Source: an uncultured Planctomycetaceae bacterium
GTDB taxonomy: Bacteria > Planctomycetota > Planctomycetia > Isosphaerales > Isosphaeraceae
Assembly (NCBI GenBank): GCA_963833985.1
Contig: CAWIAD010000001.1
Coordinates: 1,216,001 to 1,280,000 of the forward strand
DNA: 64,000 nucleotides
Reading direction: 5' to 3'
Position numbers and translations under genes: made by a program. Within the stretch, counting starts at the first letter, position 1; each line of letters starts with the position of its first letter. The notes below the pieces were generated by a model. That model saw only the letters and a program-made list of their open reading frames with translations, was not told where the DNA came from and did no database searches. Positions 21,951 to 31,889 of this stretch are shown piece after piece.

Positions 21951-22730
21951 GGCTGGACTGACCCGGCCGGCGGCAAGTTCGCGGGCCCACGCCGCATCTT
22001 CCTCGTTCAGGGGCGGGTCGGGCTCTTCATCGAAGATCGAGAATGCAAAGCCGCCCTCGTCGTAGACCCGGGTAAGCATGGCCTGAAGGTCCAGGGCGGC
22101 ACCCGGCTGGGCGGCATGAAGAGGCACGGGAATCATGGGCAGGCGATCACGCAGCAGGATCGGCCAGAAATCGGCCCGCGGACGGTTCTCGCTTCGGCTG
22201 ACCAGAACGCTGTAAGTACACGCGGGCCGGGGAGAGTCCGTGGGTAATGGCGCGGGACACCGCAAGAGATCGATCTCGACCAGGTTTGCAGGGCTCGTCA
22301 GGATCTCGGCCCGCTTCGCCAGGTATTGCTCGCAATCCGATCCGGGCCGCTTGTTCGATGGGCTGAGTAATTCGATGACCGTGATGAGCCGCCGATGGCG
22401 GCGGTCGCGGATCTCGATGGAGCGTTGCCGCTCGACGTCCACGGCGGGAAGCAAAACCTGGACAGGTGCCCGGAGGACGGCGGAAGCGGACGGATTCAAA
22501 CTTCCCGGCCAGGATCCGGGTGCGATGGCGACGTCGGCTCGGCCCAGAGATCCCCGTGCCTCCGCCGACTGCTCATGGATGTAGAGCTGCTCCTCCATCA
22601 GCACGATGTACGCTGGCGTGACCTGCGGCACAAGTTGCACCACGATGGCCGCGAGCGCTTGACCGTGAAAACCGTGCCAGACACCGGGATGTTCCAGGTA
22701 AGGATCCATCCCGGGAAAAGGGGACGGCAT
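21948..22730 (-). CDS. DUF4058 family protein
   Basis: MPSPFPGMDPYLE, IELLSPSNK, NLVEIDLLR. Confidence 0.9.
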   Translation of the reverse strand: MPSPFPGMDPYLEHPGVWHGFHGQALAAIVVQLVPQVTPAYIVLMEEQLYIHEQSAEARGSLGRADVAIAPGSWPGSLNPSASAVLRAPVQVLLPAVDVERQRSIEIRDRRHRRLITVIELLSPSNKRPGSDCEQYLAKRAEILTSPANLVEIDLLRCPAPLPTDSPRPACTYSVLVSRSENRPRADFWPILLRDRLPMIPVPLHAAQPGAALDLQAMLTRVYDEGGFAFSIFDEEPDPPLNEEDAAWARELAAGRVSPA

Positions 22731-22754
22731 GTACGAGTTCTCCGGACCGGGCGA

Positions 22755-23834
22755 TCAAAGGTACTCGCCGTACCCTTTTTCCGCCAGGCTCTCCACCAGC
22801 CCCTTGAGCTTGTCCATCTGATCGCGGCGAGCCACCAGCGTGGCCTGGCCCGACTGCACGATCACCACGTCCTCGAGGCCCAGGGTGGCGATCAGGCCGC
22901 CATCGTCGCCGATGATGATCGAGTTCGAGGTCTCGCGGGCCAGCACGTTTCCCTGTGTGGCGTTGCCCCGGGAATCATGCGGGATGAGGCTGGCGAGCGA
23001 TCGCCAGTCGCCCACATCGTTCCAGTCGTACTGGACCTCGAGAACGCGGACGTTGGCGGCCTTTTCCATCACCGCCTTGTCGATGGGTGCGCGCTCCATG
23101 AGAGGATACTCGCGGGTGATCGTGTCGAGCTCCTCGGCGGTCCCCAGGGTGCGGCCGACGCGTGCGAGGCGCTCCGCGAGCTGGGGACGATGCTTCTGTA
23201 ACTCGTCCAGGATCGTGCGGGCCTTCCACAGGAAGATGCCGGAGTTCCAGGCGAAGTTGCCGGCCGCCAGGAACCGCTCGGCCGTGGGGCCGTCGGGCTT
23301 CTCGCGGAACTGGGCCACGCGGTTGACCGCGATCCCGTCACGGGTTTCCAGCAGCTCCCCGCGCTCGATGTAGCCGTAGCCGGTTTCCGGCCGGGTGGGC
23401 TTGATGCCGAAGGTGATGAGCGTGGTGGGGTCGTCCTCGATCACCGCGGCCGCGGCACGCGCGGTGGCCAGAAAGACCCCGGCCGGCTCAATCACGTGGT
23501 CAGCAGGCATGACCATCATGGTCGCGTCGGGATCGCGCGTGTGGACGATCCAGGCGGCCAGACCCACGCAGGCGGCCGTGTCGCGCGGGCAGGGCTCGGC
23601 CACGATGTTCTGCTCGGGAAGGTCGGGAAGCTGCGCGCGGGTGGCCTGTGCCTGGTCCGCTCCGGTGATGATGAGGATGCGCTCGGCGGGCACCAGCGGC
23701 TCGATCCTGGCCGCGGTTTGCTGGAGCATGGTGGCGTCGCCGAAGAGAGTCAGCAGTTGCTTGGGCCGGTCGCGCCGGCTCTTGGGCCAGAACCGTGTGC
23801 CACTTCCTCCCGCCATGATGATCGCGTACAGCAT
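22755..23834 (-). CDS. manC: Mannose-1-phosphate guanylyltransferase
   Basis: IMAGGSGTRFWP, EPCPRDTA, ETGYGYI, WNSGIF, WNDVGDW. Confidence 0.93.
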   Translation of the reverse strand: MLYAIIMAGGSGTRFWPKSRRDRPKQLLTLFGDATMLQQTAARIEPLVPAERILIITGADQAQATRAQLPDLPEQNIVAEPCPRDTAACVGLAAWIVHTRDPDATMMVMPADHVIEPAGVFLATARAAAAVIEDDPTTLITFGIKPTRPETGYGYIERGELLETRDGIAVNRVAQFREKPDGPTAERFLAAGNFAWNSGIFLWKARTILDELQKHRPQLAERLARVGRTLGTAEELDTITREYPLMERAPIDKAVMEKAANVRVLEVQYDWNDVGDWRSLASLIPHDSRGNATQGNVLARETSNSIIIGDDGGLIATLGLEDVVIVQSGQATLVARRDQMDKLKGLVESLAEKGYGEYL

Positions 23835-23908
23835 GTGAGCTCCCTGCTTCTCGCACTCGCCACAAAGCGGCGCGTGCAATGAAAGTCATTTTCCATGGTT
23901 TCTTCCGG

Positions 23909-25333
23909 CTAGCGCAGGTAGATCGGCCGCTCGACGACCAGCCCCGGATCGATCCTGGCCTTCAGCTCCTGGGCGTCCAGCGCGAAGAGCGGGCTGATCT
24001 CGATGGCGAAGGGAATCGAGCCGTCGGGCCGGCGTGGAACGGTGGCCCCGGCTTGCTCGAGCCAGCCGGCAAACAGGTCGCTCATGCGCTGGTGCACCGT
24101 CGCGGGACTGTCCGGGCCGACCGCGTTCTTGAGCGGCTCGAACTCCGTGGCACGGTCGGTCTCGACAATCGCCCAGCGGCGCGCCTGGGGCAGGGCGTCG
24201 AAGATGAACTGCTCGAACTTGATCGCGTTGGGCTCGGCAGGCTTGACCGTCTCGCCACTCTCATTCACATACGGCACCTTCTTGACGGCCCGATGAAACG
24301 GCAACTGATGGTCGCCGACGATGCGCTCGATGAACGACCGCTCGAAAAGGTGAATGGCGATGCTGCCCGCCGAGAGCATGAGACCTCCGTCGGGATTGCG
24401 CAGGCCCGCCAGCTCGGGGGGCAGGTCGGAATACTCGATCACCTGCGGGACACCGTCGATCGTCACCACGACGCCGAGCTTCTCATCGGGGGAGAGCCGC
24501 TCGATGACCTTGAAGGACATCTCGGCCCCGGCCTGACGGTGCAGGCCCAGGAACTCCGGATCGGCAAGCTGGACCAGCGGGTTATCCACCTGGAAGTAGA
24601 AGAGCGATTCAATGCCGCGATCGCGCATCTCATCCAGGCAACCGGGCGCGCCGTCCGGACCCTGAGCGGCGAGCGCGGCGAGCGTGCCGCCATGGCCGTC
24701 CGGGCTGAGCGCGACCTTGTCCCTGGCCGCCAGCAATACTTTCCCGGTGGCCCTGTCGACCGCCGGCATCTGCCCCTGCGTGAAGAACCGCACGTGATCG
24801 AGCCCGAACCGGCCGTGCGCCTCGAAGAAGGCCATCGTCGCGGCGTGGTTGTCCGGGCTGGTCATGACGTAGAGCGGCAGCGGGCGGCCATGGCGGCGCC
24901 CAGCGCCACGATCTTCTCTGCGTGAATCTGGAACAGGCTGGCGGAGGAAACCGGGCCGATGGGGAAGGTCCCCTTCGGGCCGTCGAAGCCAAGCCGGGTG
25001 CCCGCGCCGCCGGCGACGACGACCAGCCCCACCTTGCCGGCCGCCAGCATCTCGGCGCCGATTTCGTGAGCCCGGCGGCAGGCCATCCGCTGGCTATCGG
25101 TCTGGGGGAGGCGCGTCACGTCGATGGGCCGGACGCGGCCGGGCTCGAGGGCTGGGGTGCTTTCCTCGGCAACCAGCTCGCGAACCAGGCGGCTCAACCG
25201 CTCGAAGATCGATCGCCGCGATCTCGGCCTGGAGCCGCTCCTGCTGGTCCGGGGCAAGCTCGGCCCACCAGGCGAGGAGCTGTTGCTGGCCGCAGCGCTC
25301 CAGGCGTTCCAGTAAGGCAGGGTCGGGAGACAT
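23909..25333 (-). CDS. UDPGP type-1 / UAP1-like UDP-GlcNAc pyrophosphorylase (frameshifts near 24897 and 25208)
   Basis: AGGAGTRLGFDGPKG, SPDGHGG, QVDNPL, IEYSDL, KFEQFIFD, EFEPLKN. Confidence 0.88.
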
Positions 25334-25466
25334 GGCGTCGTACACTCCTCACGGCTCGAAACGCCGGACCAGGGCTGCTGGGTCGGGCACTCAGGTAGTC
25401 GGCCAGGGGGGCTCTTCGTCGCTCGATCTCTGGCCGGGAACTCCGTGCACTGTATCCACCTGGACG

Positions 25467-26266
25467 TTAGAATTCCACGGCCAGCCCATCGTAGGCCAGT
25501 CGGACGTTCGCCGGCAGCGCGGCCTCGGTGGAAGCATGATCCAGATCGTGTGAGAGGTGCGTGAAGAAGGTGCGCCCGGCTTCAGCCGCTCGACCACCTC
25601 GAGAGCCTCCCGGAGCGAGAAATGCGTCGGATGCGGGTCAATCCGCAGCGCGTCGAGTACCAGCGTCTCCAGGTTCTCCAGCAGGGTCCAGCTCGCCTCG
25701 GGTATCCGGTTCACGTCGGTGCAGTAGGCCAGGCTGCCCACGCGGAACCCGAGTACGGAGAACGGCCCGTGATCCAGCCGGATCGGCAGCACGCGCTGCC
25801 CCAGGACCTCGAACGGCACGCCCGGCTCAACCCGCACGAACTGGATCTTGGGCACAAACCCGGGCGGCCAATCCTTGGTGGCGTCCTTGAATGCGTAGGC
25901 GAACACCCGCTTGATGCACTCCTCGGTCTGCGCCTCGCAGAAAACGGGAACCGGGCCGCCAATCCAGCGCGGGAAAAGTCGCGCGTCATCCAGGCCGAAG
26001 AGATGGTCGGCATGGTGATGCGTGAAGGCGATCGCGTGCACGCGCCGGACCTGCTCGCGGAGCAACTGCACGCGCATCTCCGGCGTGGTGTCGATGAGCA
26101 AGTTGCCGGCCGGAAACGCCATGAGCACGCTTGGCCGGGTGCGCTGGTTGCGCGGATCGCTTGACGTGCAGACCGGGCAATCACATCCCAGTACCGGAAC
26201 TCCCGTGGATGTGCCCGTGCCCAGGAAGATCAAGCGCCGCGGTCCATGTGATGGACTCTCGATCAA
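25467..26266 (-). CDS. PhnP-like MBL-fold metallohydrolase (frameshift near 25575)
   Basis: FLGTGTSTGVP, CDCPVC, THHHADHLFGLDD, YCTD, HPTHF. Confidence 0.9.
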
Positions 26267-26400
26267 CTGTCATGGCCTCCAGGACGCGAACAAGCCGCGC
26301 CGGCGCTGCGGCTTCCGACATACCTGATCGCCGCGCGGCTTCCCATGCGACGAGTGTACGAAAAAATGCCGCCCGGCGACAGCAGCGCGGATCCTGCCCG

Positions 26401-26492
26401 GCCGCGGCTCCGCTCCAGCCCTTGCCGCGGCTCCGTTCCAGCCCTTGCCGCGGCTCGGTTCCGGCCCTTGCCGCGGCTCCGTTCCATCCCGG
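26401..26492. repeat. Four tandem copies of a 23-bp unit GCCGCGGCTCCGTTCCAGCCCTT
   Basis: Units start at 26401, 26424, 26447 and 26470 with few mismatches. Confidence 0.9.
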
Positions 26493-28043
26493 TCACGGTC
26501 TGGTCACGACCACGATCTTCTGGAATTTGACGCTCGGCAACGAGGTGTTGGGGGCCAGATGCGGATCGACCGTAACGAACGTGACCGTCGGTCCCTTTCC
26601 CGGCGCGTCCTGGCCCAGCAGGGCGGCCTTGCGGGTGATGTCCAGAGTGACGTTGTGCGGCCGATGGCGCTGACCGTGGGCCGCCGAGCTTGGCAGCAGG
26701 TGGATGGTTCCCACGAAATTCGGCCCCAGCATGTCCTTTGCCGTTGCATCGGGCTTGTTCAAGAACACGTGCAGGATGACCGGCACGTCGTGCGGCGCAG
26801 TCCAGGCCCTCGATGCGGAGCTGAACCTTGGGGTGGTGCCTGGCCGGCTCGGCAGCCGCCGTGGCCACGGCCGCGCTGCGCGCTGGCGCATGGCATCGGG
26901 AACCGGCAGGCCGACCAGCGACCTCGACGCGCCCCCCACCGCGATCTCCTGCGGTTGGGCGACGAGGGTGAAGGTCTGCTGCGGAGGCTGATAGTTGCCG
27001 GCCATGTGCGTCAAAGCGTCCTGGACCGTCACGCTGCACGGGCTGCCATTCTCATCCCAGAAATTGAACCACTGCGCGTACCAGAGGCTCGTGGCCGCCG
27101 GCAGCGTCGGGTTCTGCCCCAGCCAGAGCGTGAACTGGCGATCGACGTTGGCGTGGTGCAGGAAGAAGAGTAAATCGCGTGCCGCAGTCGTCAGGTTGCC
27201 CATGTCGGCCCAGGGCGATTGCGTGCTGCCGGTCCAGGTGTGAATACAATTATGCGGGTTCTGCTCCAGCTCACCGGCCCCGCGGCCGTTCGGATCGCCG
27301 GGCTCCGAACCGCAGAAATCAGTGAAATCGTCAGCCATGAGCTGGCTCAGGTAACCGGCGCTCGTGTAGTACGACGCGCCCGTCTGGAGCGGGTCTTCAT
27401 TCAGCGTGCTCATCGGCCCGGGCGTGCGATTCTCGTCGTACAGGGGACTCGTCGTGTCAAAGAACGGGCTGGCCTGACCCTGCGCCTGAAGCACGCGCGT
27501 GCCCGGCACCGACGGGTGATTCGACCAGTCCCAGTAGGGCAGGGCGAACGCCGCCGGGTTGCCGCTGAGCCTGGCGAGGATGCGCTCGTAAAAGAAGAGA
27601 TAGCAGCGGTGCCAGACGGTGAAGAACCAGCTATGGTGCACCTCCAGCTGATTGCCCCCGCAGTGCGCGGCGTGAATGCCCGCCTGGCTCAGCCACGATC
27701 GAGGATCGTTCGGGGGCAACTGCTTGAGCTGGCCGTACGCGGTGACCAGCAGGTTCAGGTCATCGGCCGTGTAGTCGTAGAAGCTCTTGCGCCGGGGCAT
27801 CGTCACGCGCTGGAACGAGAAGGGCGGCGCCTGGGCTTCTGCCTGCGGCATGAGCCCAGCCGCGGCATGGCCGTACGGCTGAACGGCGGGACCGGGGTGG
27901 CCGCCACTGCTCGCGGGATGCTGTGCCGCCGTCCGGGCCGTCAGCCCCAGCCCTCCGGCCGCGATGCTGGTGCGCAGCAGGAACGTCCGGCGATGAAGCT
28001 CGTGCTCCTGGTCCAGGCTGGGATGGCGGACGCGATGGCTCAC
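26493..28043 (-). CDS. Tat-exported tyrosinase/polyphenol oxidase with plant-PPO-like architecture
   Basis: RRTFL Tat motif; CuA HAAHC..VHHSWFF..WHR; CuB PHNCIH..DMGN..FFLHHANVDR; DWL-like and KFDV-like domains; RBS AAGAAGGAG. Two compensating frameshifts are likely near 26800 and 26882. Confidence 0.88.
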   Translation of the reverse strand: MSHRVRHPSLDQEHELHRRTFLLRTSIAAGGLGLTARTAAQHPASSGGHPGPAVQPYGHAAAGLMPQAEAQAPPFSFQRVTMPRRKSFYDYTADDLNLLVTAYGQLKQLPPNDPRSWLSQAGIHAAHCGGNQLEVHHSWFFTVWHRCYLFFYERILARLSGNPAAFALPYWDWSNHPSVPGTRVLQAQGQASPFFDTTSPLYDENRTPGPMSTLNEDPLQTGASYYTSAGYLSQLMADDFTDFCGSEPGDPNGRGAGELEQNPHNCIHTWTGSTQSPWADMGNLTTAARDLLFFLHHANVDRQFTLWLGQNPTLPAATSLWYAQWFNFWDENGSPCSVTVQDALTHMAGNYQPPQQTFTLVAQPQEIAVGGASRSLVGLPVPDAMRQRAARPWPRRLPSRPGTTPRFSSASRAWTAPHDVPVILHVFLNKPDATAKDMLGPNFVGTIHLLPSSAAHGQRHRPHNVTLDITRKAALLGQDAPGKGPTVTFVTVDPHLAPNTSLPSVKFQKIVVVTRP

Positions 28044-28290
28044 GGGTGCGCTCCTTCTTGAGAGACCGGAGATGGGCTTGCAAGGGCCGTACTGGCCAGA
28101 GTATTGATCATCAACCACGCTCCCTCACCGAAGCCGGCAGCCCCGGGGAAGCCGATCTCCCGGAGAACCGCCGTGATTTGTGCGCGCGTTTCGGCGAAGA
28201 TGAGCCGGTCGGGTGCTCCAGCCGGTACACAGGGCGACCCGGGCGCACGTTGGACATCAGGCATCGGCGGTCATCGAAACGAGGGATGAG

Positions 28291-29055
28291 GTGAGAGAAT
28301 CAATCTCGCGCAGGATGTGGATTGGCCGGACCGGCATCGTCGCCAGCGCCTCCGCTCTGGCCGCGCCGAGCGCAGGCCTGCACGCCGATGAGCCGGCGGC
28401 ACCGCAACGGAAGCTCAAGGTCGTGGTCACAGGCGGCCACCCGGGCGATCCGGAGTACGGTTGTGGGGGCACTGTCGCCCGCTACGCCGAACTGGGTCAC
28501 GAGGTGGTGCTGCTGTACCTGAACCGCGGCGAGTGGCCTCCCAGTGACGACCCGCGGGCGGGTGCGGCGCGCATGGGCGAAGCCAGGAAGGCGTGTGAGA
28601 TTCTCAAGGCGCGGCCGCTCGACGCGGGGCACCGGAACAGCCAGGCCATCGTCGATCGGGCCCATTATGATGCGTTCCGGAAACTCGTCGAGGCCGAGCG
28701 GCCCGACGTGCTGTTCACGCACTGGCCGATCGACAACCACGCCGATCATCGTGCCATCTCGATCCTGGCGTACGACGCCTGGATTCGCCTGGGCAAGAAA
28801 TTCGCCTTCTACTACTACGAGGTCTCCAGCGGCGAGGACACCCTCCAGTTCACGCCGACACACTACGTGGACATCACGCGGACCGAGCCGCTGAAGCGCC
28901 GGGCGTGCTACGCCCACGCCAGCCAGAGCCCGGACAAGTATTACGGGCTCCAGGAGCTGGTGATGAAGATGCGCGGGGTCGAGAGCGGCCACCAGCGGGC
29001 CGAGGCCTTCATCCGCCACGTTCAGAGCCCGGACTTCGGGCTGCCGGGTGCGTGA
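28291..29055 (+). CDS. PIG-L/LmbE-family deacetylase with Tat-like signal
   Basis: SRR leader, GGHPGDPEYGCGG, THWPIDNHADH, HASQ. Confidence 0.88.
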   Translation: MRESISRRMWIGRTGIVASASALAAPSAGLHADEPAAPQRKLKVVVTGGHPGDPEYGCGGTVARYAELGHEVVLLYLNRGEWPPSDDPRAGAARMGEARKACEILKARPLDAGHRNSQAIVDRAHYDAFRKLVEAERPDVLFTHWPIDNHADHRAISILAYDAWIRLGKKFAFYYYEVSSGEDTLQFTPTHYVDITRTEPLKRRACYAHASQSPDKYYGLQELVMKMRGVESGHQRAEAFIRHVQSPDFGLPGA

Positions 29056-29212
29056 GACCGCTACCGACGCATTCTCCTCGACCAGGTCCCGTCAGCGCCG
29101 CCCGAGTTCACCCCCTTGCCATGGCCGGGATGCCGGCCTCCGCGCGCCGGATCCGACCCGATCGGATCCCTCACCGGATCGGCGCTTTTGGGGACCCGTG
29201 AACGGTCACCCG

Positions 29213-29256
29213 TTGACCGGCCCGACCAATTATGGATAATCGGACGCGGTTATCCA
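29213..29256 (+). promoter_or_regulatory. Sigma70-like promoter overlapped by a palindromic operator upstream of hcp
   Basis: TTGACC(29213)-N16-GATAAT(29235); perfect inverted repeat TGGATAA-N10-TTATCCA (29233-29256). Confidence 0.55.
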
Positions 29257-29335
29257 CTTTTAGCTCCGGCCGTGGCGAATTGGGTGTCCCGGCGTGACAC
29301 GGAGCGATCCGGAGGGGGCCGGGGAGCGAGCTGCC

Positions 29336-30625
29336 ATGTTCTGTAATCAATGCGAGCAGACGTCGAAGGGGACAGGCTGCGTGATCAGTCCGGGTGTTTG
29401 CGGCAAGGACGAGGACGTCCAGTCGGTGCAGGAGCTGATTCTGTACGGGCTCAAGGGCATGGCCGCGTATGCGAGCCATGCGCGCCGGCTGGGCAAGTCG
29501 GACGAATCGGTGAGCGCTTATATCGAGGAAGCGCTTTTCGCGACGATGACCAACGTCAACTTCGACCTCGACAGCCTGCTCGAGATTGCACTCGAGCTGG
29601 GCCGCAAGAACCTGCGGGTGATGGAGCTGCTGGATGCCGGCCACGTCGAGCAGTTCGGCAAGCCCGAGCCGGTCGATGTGCAGCTTGGCACCAGGAAGGG
29701 TCCCGGAATCCTGATGACGGGGCACGACCTGGCGGACCTCCGTGACCTGCTTGCCCAGGTGGAGGGAACCGACATCAGCGTTTACACGCACGGCGAGATG
29801 TTACCGGCGCACATGTATCCGAACCTGAGAAACCATCCCAACCTGGCCGGTCATTACGGCGGTGCCTGGCAAAAGCAGAAGTTCGAGTTCGCGGCCTTCC
29901 CGGGGCCGGTCGTGGCGACCACGAATTGCATCCTGATCCCGCGCGAGTCGTACGCGGGCCGCCTCTTCACGACCCGGTTCACGGCCGTGCCGGGCGGGGA
30001 ACGGTTGACCGATGGCAACTTCGCGCCTGTGGTCGCCAGCGCGCGGCAGTGCTTGCCGCTGGTGGACGACCTGCGGGGAACGCTCCGGGTGGGCTACCAT
30101 CGAAGCGTGCTGCTGGATATGGCCGGCACGATCGTCGAGGCGGTGCAGCAGGGCAAGATCCGCCACTTCTTCGTGATTGGCGGCTGCGACGGGGCCGAGC
30201 CGGGGCGCAACTATTTCAGCGATTACGCCCGCGCCACACCGCCTGATTCGTTCATCCTGACGCTGGGATGCGGCAAGTTCCGGCTCCACGGCCATGATTA
30301 CGGCGAGCACCTGGGACTGCCCCGGCTCATGGATATGGGCCAGTGCAACGACGCCTACGGCGCCATCCAGGTGGCTCTGGCGCTCGCAAACGCCTTCCAT
30401 TGTGGCGTCAACGAATTACCGCTCACCCTGGTGATCAGCTGGTTCGAGCAGAAGGCCGTCGCCGTGCTCTTGACCTTGCTTGCGCTCGGTGTGAAGGGAA
30501 TCACGATCGGTCCCAACCCGCCAGGATTCGTGACACCTCGAGTCTTCCAGATCCTTCAGGAGCAGTTCGATCTCCGCCTCACCGGCCACGACGCCGAGGC
30601 CGACCTAGCACTGGCATTGGCGTGA
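29336..30625 (+). CDS. hcp: Hybrid cluster protein (hydroxylamine reductase), short form
   Basis: MFCNQCEQT..GC....GVCGK, YTHGEMLPAH, GGCDG, GQCNDAY, SWFEQKA. Confidence 0.95.
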   Translation: MFCNQCEQTSKGTGCVISPGVCGKDEDVQSVQELILYGLKGMAAYASHARRLGKSDESVSAYIEEALFATMTNVNFDLDSLLEIALELGRKNLRVMELLDAGHVEQFGKPEPVDVQLGTRKGPGILMTGHDLADLRDLLAQVEGTDISVYTHGEMLPAHMYPNLRNHPNLAGHYGGAWQKQKFEFAAFPGPVVATTNCILIPRESYAGRLFTTRFTAVPGGERLTDGNFAPVVASARQCLPLVDDLRGTLRVGYHRSVLLDMAGTIVEAVQQGKIRHFFVIGGCDGAEPGRNYFSDYARATPPDSFILTLGCGKFRLHGHDYGEHLGLPRLMDMGQCNDAYGAIQVALALANAFHCGVNELPLTLVISWFEQKAVAVLLTLLALGVKGITIGPNPPGFVTPRVFQILQEQFDLRLTGHDAEADLALALA

Positions 30626-30860
30626 TCTGCCTTTGATTCTTACCATCCCGAACATCAGCCTCTCGATGGTATGATGATTCTCGGTCGGTCATGACCGTCG
30701 CGAACGTGGCTTGCCGACAGGTATTGATATCTGGCAACGGCACGATCTCGATGCACGAAACATCCAGATTCCGAGGGAAGACCAATTCGACCCCGGGGCC
30801 GGCCTCGAAGAGGCTCATCGAGGCCTGGCCCAAACTCACCAAAGAAATCCGGGATCTTCC

Positions 30861-31298
30861 ATGAATGAGCTACTGTCATTTCAGAACCGAATTCAGCGCG
30901 CACTTGAGCCAGACAGGCGTCCGGTCGTCGGCATGGCCAATCAACTTCTGGACATATGCCAGGAGCATGGTCTGCGTCTCGACTGGCAAGACGATCGGTG
31001 CTTTGTTCGTCCTGTCCCGGCTGGACCCCAGGAAGCAACGGTGATCACTCTGCCGAAATCCGTCTTGCGGGGGTTGCTGGCACGGATGGCCGCTCTTTGT
31101 AACGAGGAATCGCCCGGCTCCGTCTCACCGTACGGCGGCGAGGGCCAGTTTCGTATTGGCCGGGACGCTTCATCCGAATTTCGCGTGTCGTTCACGAACA
31201 CAGCAGACCAGATAGCCCTGGAAGTGAGACGCCTGATCCACGAAGGTGCAGCGATACCAGGCGATCCGGCTGCCCCTGGTTCAACTCTCCCAGAGTGA
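30861..31298 (+). CDS. Hypothetical protein (accessory, lower GC)
   Basis: 145-aa ORF containing LARMAALCNE..VSPYGG; ATGA overlap with a 57-codon upstream ORF. Confidence 0.55.
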   Translation: MNELLSFQNRIQRALEPDRRPVVGMANQLLDICQEHGLRLDWQDDRCFVRPVPAGPQEATVITLPKSVLRGLLARMAALCNEESPGSVSPYGGEGQFRIGRDASSEFRVSFTNTADQIALEVRRLIHEGAAIPGDPAAPGSTLPE

Positions 31299-31334
31299 AT
31301 CAGGATCAGCGCTCCCTTCGTATGGAGCGACCCC

Positions 31335-31778
31335 ATGCCCGGCTGCGTTCTGCGAGCCTTTGGCCGGGATTTTCAGGTGGATGAATTCCTCGCTGAGTGC
31401 GACTGGGACCCCTGCGAGGTCTGGCGGCTGGGGGAACAGCAAGCGACGCGCCGGCCCCCTGATGAGACCTCCGGTTTCAATCTGGTCATCAGTGAGGCCC
31501 CTGGAACCGATCTGGAACGCCAGGTTGAGGATGCGATCGGCTTCCTCGTCAATTACCGAGACGAGCTGGAACGTCTCTCGGAGACCCCGGGCGTCGATCA
31601 CATTCTGCTGGATTTTGGAATCACGCGGCGCAACGTGCCACTCCAGAGCGACTTCTTGCCGGGGCGGCTGGTCCGCCTGGCCGGCAGGTTCGGCCTGGGT
31701 ATCGAATTGTCGCAGTATCCGGGCGAGGACGCGCACGTCCATCTGCTGCTGGGACTCAGGCCCGGAGACAGTGAGTGA
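31335..31778 (+). CDS. Hypothetical protein, DUF4279/immunity-like
   Basis: CVLRAFG.DF.VD.FL, LDFG, AGRFGLGIELSQYP pattern; GGAG RBS. Confidence 0.6.
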   Translation: MPGCVLRAFGRDFQVDEFLAECDWDPCEVWRLGEQQATRRPPDETSGFNLVISEAPGTDLERQVEDAIGFLVNYRDELERLSETPGVDHILLDFGITRRNVPLQSDFLPGRLVRLAGRFGLGIELSQYPGEDAHVHLLLGLRPGDSE

Positions 31779-31889
31779 CCACGCACCACCGCGCTGGCGC
31801 ACAAGGCTCACGGACCTACCCGGCAACCCGCGGCCTGGCTGGGAGGGAGAACCAGGCGGGGGTCGTCCAGGGAGTATCTCAAGCGCGCA

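Noticed and set aside
29250..29258. DnaA-box-like TTATCCACT
   Set aside because: It is a single 8/9 match, better explained as one arm of the hcp operator palindrome.
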